Part shown: in pieces, positions 1 through 7,573 of the stretch | Numbering within the stretch: position 1 is the first letter of the stretch | Layout of the letters: each line of letters opens with the position of its first letter | Source: Alphaproteobacteria bacterium | Lineage (GTDB): Bacteria; Pseudomonadota; Alphaproteobacteria; MPNO01 | Reading direction: 5' to 3' | Length of the DNA stretch: 64,000 bases | Assembly: GCA_965248835.1 (NCBI GenBank) | Contig: CBDFLJ010000001.1 | Span: 1,440,001-1,504,000 of the forward strand | Position numbers and translations under genes: made by a program | Notes under the pieces: model-generated | Databases searched by the model: none | Told to the model about the DNA's origin: nothing | The model's input: only the letters and a program-made list of their open reading frames with translations

Positions 1-86
1 TCCGTCCGAGCCAGGTCGGCGACGGCGGTTGATCGCCGAGGCTGTGGGCGCTATCACCGGGGCTAGACCGAACGGGAGGCGAGACG

Positions 87-1133
87 ATGAACCAGGGACC
101 GCGCGGGCCGGCGGCCCGGTCTTCCGGCGCCGGCCGGCCGCCGATCGGGCCGCGCTATCAGCCGCGCCCGCTGCTTAAGCCCTCCGACGGGTTCGGCCGC
201 GGCGCGGCCGCGATCACCGGCGGACGCAAGGACATCCTGTGCGCCATCGGCATCGATGTCGATGCGGTGGCCGGCTGGCTCGGCTCCTATGGCGGGGAGA
301 ACTCGCCGTGCGACATCTCGCGCGGGATGTTCTCCGGCGAGGTCGGCACGCCGCGCCTGGTCAGGCTGTTCGACCGGCTTGGCCTGCGCACCACCTGGTT
401 CATCCCCGGCCATTCGATCGAGACCTTCCCCGTGCAATGCCGCATGGTGGTCGATGCCGGCCATGAGATCGGCATGCACGGCTACAGCCACGAGAACCCG
501 ATCGCCATGACGCCGGAGCAGGAAGAGGCGGTCATGGACAAGTGCATCGCGCTGATCGAGCGGCTGTGCGGGCGCCGGCCGACCGGCTATGTCGCGCCGT
601 GGTGGGAGTTCAGCCCGGTCACCAACGAGCTCCTGCTCAAGAAAGGCATCAAGTACGACCACAGCCTGATGAACGACGACTTCCACCCGTTCTACGTCCG
701 GGTCGGCGATAGCTGGACGCTCATCGACTACGCGCAGCACCCCGATGCGTGGATGAAGCCGTTGGTACGCGGCGAAGAGACCGACCTGATCGACATCCCC
801 GGCAACTGGTACCTCGACGACCTGCCGCCGATGATGTTCATCAAGTCGGCACCCAATAGCTTCGGTTTCATCAACCCGCGCGACATCGAGGAGCTCTGGC
901 GCGACCAGTTCGACTGGGTCTACCGCGAGTACGACTACGCGGTGTTCACGATCACCATACACCCCGACGTCTCGGGCCGGCCGCAGGTGCTCGCCATGCT
1001 GGAGCGGGTCTATGAGCACATCGCGGGGCACACCGGCGTGCGGTTCTGCACCTTCGATGAGATCGCCGAGGATTTCCGCGTACGCTACCCGCGCGACCAG
1101 GCCGCCCGGCCGCATTCCGAGACCGCCGCATAG
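87..1133 (+). CDS. Polysaccharide deacetylase (CE4, HpPgdA/PuuE-like) family hydrolase
   Basis: Motifs [55 protein letters not shown]; GGAGG upstream of ATG 87. Confidence 0.85.
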   Translation: MNQGPRGPAARSSGAGRPPIGPRYQPRPLLKPSDGFGRGAAAITGGRKDILCAIGIDVDAVAGWLGSYGGENSPCDISRGMFSGEVGTPRLVRLFDRLGLRTTWFIPGHSIETFPVQCRMVVDAGHEIGMHGYSHENPIAMTPEQEEAVMDKCIALIERLCGRRPTGYVAPWWEFSPVTNELLLKKGIKYDHSLMNDDFHPFYVRVGDSWTLIDYAQHPDAWMKPLVRGEETDLIDIPGNWYLDDLPPMMFIKSAPNSFGFINPRDIEELWRDQFDWVYREYDYAVFTITIHPDVSGRPQVLAMLERVYEHIAGHTGVRFCTFDEIAEDFRVRYPRDQAARPHSETAA

Positions 1134-1147
1134 CGGCGGCAGCGGCG

Positions 1148-1480
1148 ATGTGCAGCCTCTGCGGGGTCCTCGGCGGGCGGATCCATTGGAGCGAGGCCGC
1201 CAGCGCGCCCGAGGCCTTCGTCAGCCGGAAGGACCCGGTGACCCGACGGCGCGAGCGCCAGAACCGGACCCGTATCGCCAACGCGGTCCTCGAAGAGTAC
1301 GGCCTGGTGCTGTCCGAATGGGCGGGACCGTCCTACGTGCTTGCCAGCCGCACCGGCAGGACCACGCTGGTCGACAATTTGACCGAGCTGTGGGCCGCGG
1401 CGGAAAAGCTCGCCCGCCGGCCGTGCGATCCGCTCGATGATCGCCTGATTGCCGCTCTGGAGCGCCGCGGCGGTGGCTGA
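1148..1480 (+). CDS. Small hypothetical protein with N-terminal CxxC (MCSLCG) and C-terminal CDPLD
   Basis: 110 aa ORF 14 nt after the deacetylase stop, overlapping the start of the next gene; globular composition unlike the shadow ORFs. Confidence 0.75.
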   Translation: MCSLCGVLGGRIHWSEAASAPEAFVSRKDPVTRRRERQNRTRIANAVLEEYGLVLSEWAGPSYVLASRTGRTTLVDNLTELWAAAEKLARRPCDPLDDRLIAALERRGGG

Positions 1481-2486
1481 GCCGGCGGTGCCGATCCCGG
1501 TCAACGTGCTGACCGGCTTCCTCGGCAGCGGCAAGACGACGCTGCTGCGGCGCATGCTGGCCGCTCCGGGCATGGGCGAGACCGCGGTGCTAATCAACGA
1601 GTTCGGCGAGGTCGGTCTCGACCATCACCTGATCGAGCACGCGACCGAGAGCACGCTGGTGCTGGAGAACGGCTGCGTGTGCTGCGCCATGCGCGGTGAT
1701 CTGCAGGCCGCCCTGCGCGACCTGCTGTCGCGCCGCGACCGCGGCCAGGTGCCGTATTTCCGGAAGGTCGTCATCGAGACCTCGGGCCTCGCCGATCCGG
1801 TGCCGATCATCTACACCGTGACCGCCGAGCCGGTCATCCGGCACCATTTCCGTATCGGCTCGGTTCTGACGGTCGTCGATGCGGTGAACGGGGCGGCACA
1901 GCTCGACCGGTTCCCGGAATCGGTCAAGCAAGTCGCGGTCGCCGACCGCATCCTTGTCACCAAAACCGACCTTGCGGGCCAAGAGCGGGGGCCGTCCTTG
2001 CGGGCGGTGCTGGGCCGGATCAATTCGGCCTGCGAGATCATCGATTGCACCGAGGTGTTGCCGGCAATCGAGGATCTGCTGGCCGATGGGGCGGCGGTGC
2101 GAGAGTGGGTGAACGGGGCGGCGGCGGCCGATCACGCCCATGCAAGCGGGGTCAGCTCATTCACGATGTGGTTCGACGGCGCGCTCGATTGGACGGCCTT
2201 CGGCATCTGGCTCACCATGCTGCTCAACCGCCACGGCGAGGCGGTGCTCCGCGTCAAGGGCATGCTCAACGTGGCGGGGGTGGCCGATCCCGTGCTGATC
2301 AACGGCGTCCAGCACCTTGTGCACCCGCCGGCCCACCTTGCAAGCTGGCCGGACGAAGACCGGCGCTCGCGGATCGTCTTCATCGTCCGCGATATCGACG
2401 AGGCGCGGATCAGACGATCGCTGGAAGCGTTCAACGCGCTGGCCGCCCGGCGGCCGGGCGATCGGGCTGCTATGCCGGAGGGTTAG
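1473..2486 (+). CDS. COG0523/CobW family G3E GTPase metallochaperone
   Basis: Walker A TGFLGSGKTT, INEFGEVGLDH, GCVCC, ETSGLADP, C-terminal LRVKG..GVQH; GTG 1473 overlaps the upstream stop. Confidence 0.92.
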   Translation: MAEPAVPIPVNVLTGFLGSGKTTLLRRMLAAPGMGETAVLINEFGEVGLDHHLIEHATESTLVLENGCVCCAMRGDLQAALRDLLSRRDRGQVPYFRKVVIETSGLADPVPIIYTVTAEPVIRHHFRIGSVLTVVDAVNGAAQLDRFPESVKQVAVADRILVTKTDLAGQERGPSLRAVLGRINSACEIIDCTEVLPAIEDLLADGAAVREWVNGAAAADHAHASGVSSFTMWFDGALDWTAFGIWLTMLLNRHGEAVLRVKGMLNVAGVADPVLINGVQHLVHPPAHLASWPDEDRRSRIVFIVRDIDEARIRRSLEAFNALAARRPGDRAAMPEG

Positions 2487-3003
2487 CCCGCCCGCCGTTG
2501 TCCCGCAGGCGGCCGTGGCTCGGGCGCCAGCCGGTGCGGAAGGCGCCTACCAATCGATGCAGCAAATAGAACGCGATCGCCAGTAGAATCAGGACGATGA
2601 TCTTCAGGACCAGCCCGCCGAAGATCGGGTCCAGCGTGGCGCCCCGGCTGATCAGGTGCTCGATCAGCATCACCAGCGCCTGCAGGGTCGCGCCGGCGCA
2701 GACGATCACCGCGATCAGGATGGCGATCTGCAGCGTATCGAAGACCAGGCCCTCGGCCCCGAGATCGCCGGTCGCGCGGACGATGTTGTGGCGAAGCGAC
2801 TGCCAGTGGGCGATCACATAGCCGATCAGCCCGACCACGGCAGCGAACCAGAACACGATGTTGGAGGCCCGGACGTCGTCGACGCCGCCGGCGATGAAGG
2901 CCTCAAACGGCTGGTAGAAATAGAGGAACACCAGCACCACCACCAGCCCGGCGGGGACGATCCACAAAAACGGTCTTCTGGGTGAATCGGTGTCGGTGCT
3001 CAT
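2470..3003 (-). CDS. Orphan integral membrane protein, about 4 TM (paralog of 15967-16428)
   Basis: Four long hydrophobic stretches; ATG at 3003 (MSTDTDS); motif-level similarity to 15967-16428. Confidence 0.75.
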   Translation of the reverse strand: MSTDTDSPRRPFLWIVPAGLVVVLVFLYFYQPFEAFIAGGVDDVRASNIVFWFAAVVGLIGYVIAHWQSLRHNIVRATGDLGAEGLVFDTLQIAILIAVIVCAGATLQALVMLIEHLISRGATLDPIFGGLVLKIIVLILLAIAFYLLHRLVGAFRTGWRPSHGRLRDNGGRANPPA

Positions 3004-3077
3004 TGCCCGGCCGGGTCGTCGCCTCGATGACGTCAGCCTATACCAACGCACCCCGCCGCGTCGACCGGCGGACTCCG

Positions 3078-3106
3078 TTGACCACCTGTGACAGGTGGTA
3101 GATCAT
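3078..3106 (+). promoter_or_regulatory. Putative sigma70 promoter (TTGACC-N17-GATCAT) overlapped by perfect palindrome ACCACCTGT-G-ACAGGTGGT (candidate operator)
   Basis: 9-bp perfect inverted repeat at 3081-3089/3091-3099 in the divergent intergenic region upstream of hyuA. Confidence 0.55.
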
Positions 3107-3163
3107 TGAAAGCGAGGCGAAGAACCGGTGATCGGGCCGAAAACGGCGTCTTTGGAACGGGTC

Positions 3164-5221
3164 ATGACAGCGCGTCTTGGTATCGATGTCGGCGGCACTT
3201 TCACCGATCTGTTGCTGTTCGACGACGATTCGGGCGCGATGCACTTCCTCAAGACGCCGTCCACGCCGCACGATCAGTCGATCGGCATCCTGACCGGAAT
3301 CGAGAAGATCCTCGCGGAGTCCGGCATGGCGCCGGCGGACATCCGCGGGCTGCTCCACGGCACCACGGTCTCGACCAATATCGTCCTGGAAGAAAAGGGC
3401 GCGAAGGTCGGCCTGCTGGTGACCGAGAACTTCGAACAGGTCCTCCACCTCGCCCGGTCGCAGACGCCGGGACCGCTTGCGGGCTGGATCACCATGATCA
3501 AGCCCGAGCCGCTGGCCGATCTGGCGCTGACCCGCGGCATCGCCGAGCGGATCAACGCCCGCGGCCAGGTTCTCAAGCCGCTGGAGGAGGAAAGCGCCCG
3601 CGCGGCGGTCCGCGAATTGATCGATCAGGGCGTGGAATCGATCACCATCTCGCTGTTGCACTCCTACGCCAATCCGAGCCACGAGCAGCGCCTGAAAGCG
3701 ATTGCGGAGAGCTTCGACGCGGGACTCCCGCTGTCGCTGTCCTCGGAGATCCTGCCCGAGTTCCGCGAGTACGAGCGCACATTGGTCACGGTCATGAACG
3801 CCTATGTCGGACCCAGCATGCGGAACTATCTGCGGCAGTTCGAAGACAAGCTGCGCGGCATCGCGTTCTCGCCCAAGGTCAACATCGTGCGCTCCGACGG
3901 CGGGCTGATGAGCGTTGCCCGCGCCTCGGAATCGCCGGTGCACACGATGCTGTCCGGGCCGGCGGGCGGAGTCTCCGGAGCTGCGTTCGTCTCGACGATC
4001 GCCGGCCAGACCGATGCGCTGGGCTTCGACATGGGCGGCACGTCGACCGACGTCTCGCTGATCCAGAACGGCCGGCCGACGATCTCGCGCCAGACCACGC
4101 TCGGCTACTATCCGGTCAAGGTGCCCTCGGTCGAGGTCCACAGCGTCGGCGCCGGCGGCGGCTCGATCGCCCATGTGCCGATGACCGGCGCGCTGCGCGT
4201 CGGGCCGGAGAGCGCCGGCGCGGTGCCGGGTCCGGCCTGCTATGGGCGCGGCGGCACCGAGCCCACGGTGACCGATGCCAACGTCGTCCTCGGACGGCTG
4301 CCGCCGATGCTGCTGGGCGGGGAGATGAGACTCGACGTCAACGCCGCCGAGGAGGCGGTCACCAAGGTCGCCCGCGCTCTCGGGCTCGATCCGCTGCAGG
4401 CGGCCCAGGGCATCCTCGACATCGTCAACGAGAACATGTTCGGCGCCCTTCGCCTGGTCACCGTGCAGAAGGGTTTCGACCCGCGCGATTTTGCGCTGGT
4501 CGCCTTCGGCGGGGCGGGTCCGCTGCACGGCAACGCGATCGCCATGCTGGCCGGGTGCTATCCGGTCATTGTGCCGGCCACGCCCGGCGTGCTGTCCGCG
4601 TTGGGCTTTCTGTATTCCGACGTGAAGAACGAGTTCGCCCAGACCTTCATCCGCAACATCGTCGATGCGCAACCCGGCGAGGTCGCCGAGGTGCTCGGCC
4701 GTCTCGGCGGCGAGGCGCGCGGATGGCTGGCCGAGGAGGGTGTGCCGCCGGACGGCCAGGACGTCCATTTCGAGGTCGACGTCCGGTATTTCCGCCAGGG
4801 CTACGAGGTCTCGCTCGAGGTCGCGCCCGACGGGCTCGGCGCCGAGGCGCTGGCCGACATCGGCCGCCGGTTCGGCGCCGTGCACGAGCGGCTCTACGGG
4901 TTCAAGCTGGAGACGCTGGTCGAGCTGGTCAATCTGCGCGCGGTCGGCGTCGGCCGCGTGCCGAAGGTCGATATCCCGCGCTTCGAACACGAGGGCGAGG
5001 ACGCATCGGCCGCCGTCGTCGACCAGCACCGGGTCTATATCGACAACGGCTTCGTCGCGTCGAAGATCTACGACCGCATCCTGCTCCGAGCGGGCAACGT
5101 CATCGCCGGCCCGGCCGTGGTCCAGCAGAAGGATTCAACGACGTTGATCCACCCCGGCCATGTCGGCGTAGTCGATGCGTTTCTGAACATCGTCATTCGT
5201 CCCGAGGCGATGAATGCGTAG
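3164..5221 (+). CDS. hyuA: Hydantoinase/oxoprolinase subunit A (ATP-dependent, HyuA/OplA family)
   Basis: GIDVGGTFTD, HGTTVSTN, EFREYER, SGPAGG, DMGGTSTD, GAGGGSIA, GPESAGA.PGPACYGRGG, FGGAGPLH. Confidence 0.95.
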   Translation: MTARLGIDVGGTFTDLLLFDDDSGAMHFLKTPSTPHDQSIGILTGIEKILAESGMAPADIRGLLHGTTVSTNIVLEEKGAKVGLLVTENFEQVLHLARSQTPGPLAGWITMIKPEPLADLALTRGIAERINARGQVLKPLEEESARAAVRELIDQGVESITISLLHSYANPSHEQRLKAIAESFDAGLPLSLSSEILPEFREYERTLVTVMNAYVGPSMRNYLRQFEDKLRGIAFSPKVNIVRSDGGLMSVARASESPVHTMLSGPAGGVSGAAFVSTIAGQTDALGFDMGGTSTDVSLIQNGRPTISRQTTLGYYPVKVPSVEVHSVGAGGGSIAHVPMTGALRVGPESAGAVPGPACYGRGGTEPTVTDANVVLGRLPPMLLGGEMRLDVNAAEEAVTKVARALGLDPLQAAQGILDIVNENMFGALRLVTVQKGFDPRDFALVAFGGAGPLHGNAIAMLAGCYPVIVPATPGVLSALGFLYSDVKNEFAQTFIRNIVDAQPGEVAEVLGRLGGEARGWLAEEGVPPDGQDVHFEVDVRYFRQGYEVSLEVAPDGLGAEALADIGRRFGAVHERLYGFKLETLVELVNLRAVGVGRVPKVDIPRFEHEGEDASAAVVDQHRVYIDNGFVASKIYDRILLRAGNVIAGPAVVQQKDSTTLIHPGHVGVVDAFLNIVIRPEAMNA

Positions 5222-5241
5222 ATCAAGGAGATCCTTCCGCG

Positions 5242-7542
5242 ATGACTGAGACATGGCGCACCGCCGGGTCGGTTTCGTTCGACGAGCTGTTGAAGGCCAA
5301 CAAGAAACAGTTCGATGAGGTCTTCTCGGTCCAGATGAAGGCGTTCGGGCTGCGCGAAGCTTCCGGCCTGCCGCCGACCGCGGACGCCCTCGGCTCGGCG
5401 AGCCTGGAGGCGAGCAACGGCGCGCCGAACGGCGAGGCGACGGCCAGGCTCAATGCCCGTTTCGGGACGGGCTGGTCGAGCGAGATCGTCGAACACAGCA
5501 TCGACCAGGGCAAGGTCAGCGTGTTGTGCAAGCTCGTGGTCGAGGGTACGACCAGGATGCAGTTCGGCTCGGCCCGGGTGAACGGCGATGCGGGCGCTGC
5601 GCTGCAGCGCGCGACCGAAGAAGCCCTCGAAAAATGCGCCGCTCAGTTCGACGCCGTCCTATCGGCTCTCGAAGGCGAAGACCGCGCGCCGGTGCCGGCC
5701 GAGCCCGCCGAGCCCGCCGCGGCCGCCTCACCGGCGCCGGCGGCAGCGCGGCGCGGCACGGGATCGCGGCTGGATACGATCACGCTGGATCTGATCGAGA
5801 ACGCGCTGCGCAACGCGCGCCACGAGATGGATGCGGTGCTGTTCCGCTCCGCCATGTCGCCGGTCATCCGCGAGCAGCATGACGAGTTCCCGATGCTGAC
5901 CGACGCCAAGGGGCGGATGATCGTCGGCCAGTTCGGCTCCTACGTCCCGGAGATGCTGAAGGAACAGAGCTTCGACCTCTTTCCGGGCGACGTGATCCTG
6001 CAAAGCGATCCGTACAAATGCGGCGGCGCGATCAGCCACATCAACGACTGGATGGTCCTGGTCCCGATCTTCTTCGACGGTGATCTGGTCGGATTCAGCT
6101 CCATGTTCGGCCACATGATGGATGTCGGCGGCCCGGTGCCGGGCAGCATGCCGACCGCCGCGACCTCGATCTTCGGCGAGGGGCTCAGGATTCCGCCGAT
6201 CAAGATCTACGAGCGCGGCGAGGTGAACAAATCCGCGATCGATCTGATCATGAACAACACCCGCACGCCGGAGATGAACTACTCCGACCTGATGGCGATC
6301 GTCGCCGGCTGCCGTGCCGGCGAGCGCCGGGTGGTCGAGATGTGCGAACGCTTCGGCCAGGAGGTCTACAAGCAGGCCTGCGAGGCGTTGCTCGAGCGCA
6401 CCAACCGGGCGATGCGCCAACTCATCGTCCGCAACCTGCCCGAGGAGCCTCAGTCGTTCGAGGACTATGTCGACGACGATGGGCTCGGCAACGGGCCCTT
6501 CAGGATGAAGCTCACCGTCTGGCGTGAAGGGGAGCATGCCTATTTCGACTGGACCGGCACCTCGGCGCAGGCGCCGGGCCCGATCAACTTCTACCTCCAT
6601 GACGGCATGTTCAAGATGTTCATCGGCGTCTACATGATCATGGTCTTCGACCCCCAGATCCTGTTCAACGACGGGTTCTATGACCTGATCCACGTCACGA
6701 TTCCGGACGGCTCGCTGCTGCATCCGAAGTTCCCGGCGGCGCTGGGCTGCCGCACCCACGCTCTGTCGCGCCAGTTCGACGTCCTGGGCGGGGCGCTTTC
6801 GAAGAACGCGCCGGAGATGGCGACCGCGGCCGGCTACGGCTCCAGCCCGCATTTCCTCTATTCCGGGCGCGACGCCAAGGGACGGGACTTCCAGCTCATG
6901 GAGATCCTCTATGGCGGCATCCCGGGGCGCCCGATCGGCGACGGTATGGACGGCCATTCGTGGTGGCCGCTGTTCGAGAACATCCCCAGCGAGTATCTCG
7001 AGAGCTACTACCCGATGGTGATCGAATCCTATGCCAGCGTTCCCGACTCGGGCGGGGCCGGGCTGCACCGCGGCGGCAATGGCATCGAGAAGGTCTATCT
7101 GCTTCTGGAAGGCGGCGAGATTTCCATCCACGACGACCGCCATTTGACCCAGCCGTGGGGGATCCTGGGCGGCAAGCCGGGCGCGTGCTCGCAGAAATGG
7201 CTGGTCCGGGCCGACGGCACGCGCGAGCCGCTGCCATCGAAGATCGACAACGTGCGGGTGCAGGGCGGCGACCGCATCGTGTTCCGCACCGCCGGCGGCG
7301 GAGGTTGGGGCGACCCGCTGGACCGCGCGCCCGAGAAGATCGCTACCGACGTGCGGCGCAAGCTGCTTACGCGCGAGGCGGCGCGCGAGCGCTACGGCGT
7401 GGTCCTGGGCGAGCGGGGCACGTCCGATATCAAGGCGACCGAGGCGTTGCGCGCAAGCCTGCGCTCCAGCCGCCGGCCGCCGGAGACGTTCGACTTCGGC
7501 GACCGCCCCGAAGGAATCGCGAACGGGGTGATCACCGTTTGA
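5242..7542 (+). CDS. hyuB: Hydantoinase/oxoprolinase subunit B (HyuB/OplB family) with ~175-aa N-terminal extension containing a Rad52/22-like domain
   Basis: AAGGAG then ATG 5242; core motifs SPVIREQHD, SDPY..SHINDW, GHMMDVGG.VPGS, EGLRIPP, DSGGAG..RGG, GGGGWGDP begin after about aa 177. Confidence 0.93.
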   Translation: MTETWRTAGSVSFDELLKANKKQFDEVFSVQMKAFGLREASGLPPTADALGSASLEASNGAPNGEATARLNARFGTGWSSEIVEHSIDQGKVSVLCKLVVEGTTRMQFGSARVNGDAGAALQRATEEALEKCAAQFDAVLSALEGEDRAPVPAEPAEPAAAASPAPAAARRGTGSRLDTITLDLIENALRNARHEMDAVLFRSAMSPVIREQHDEFPMLTDAKGRMIVGQFGSYVPEMLKEQSFDLFPGDVILQSDPYKCGGAISHINDWMVLVPIFFDGDLVGFSSMFGHMMDVGGPVPGSMPTAATSIFGEGLRIPPIKIYERGEVNKSAIDLIMNNTRTPEMNYSDLMAIVAGCRAGERRVVEMCERFGQEVYKQACEALLERTNRAMRQLIVRNLPEEPQSFEDYVDDDGLGNGPFRMKLTVWREGEHAYFDWTGTSAQAPGPINFYLHDGMFKMFIGVYMIMVFDPQILFNDGFYDLIHVTIPDGSLLHPKFPAALGCRTHALSRQFDVLGGALSKNAPEMATAAGYGSSPHFLYSGRDAKGRDFQLMEILYGGIPGRPIGDGMDGHSWWPLFENIPSEYLESYYPMVIESYASVPDSGGAGLHRGGNGIEKVYLLLEGGEISIHDDRHLTQPWGILGGKPGACSQKWLVRADGTREPLPSKIDNVRVQGGDRIVFRTAGGGGWGDPLDRAPEKIATDVRRKLLTREAARERYGVVLGERGTSDIKATEALRASLRSSRRPPETFDFGDRPEGIANGVITV

Positions 7543-7573
7543 GGGCGCGCCTGAGCAGGGAGCTGGGAAGACC

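Noticed and set aside
5434-5649. Prophage remnant as the source of the Rad52-like segment
   Set aside because: No integrase, phage genes or compositional break; the segment is in frame within hyuB and has host-like codon usage
3088-7542. 1484-aa ORF suggesting a giant fusion or programmed frameshift between hyuA and hyuB
   Set aside because: The upstream part is the -1 shadow frame of hyuA, where GC-rich third positions make stops rare, and it translates as Arg/Gly/Pro-rich junk. hyuB has its own AAGGAG RBS and ATG at 5242.
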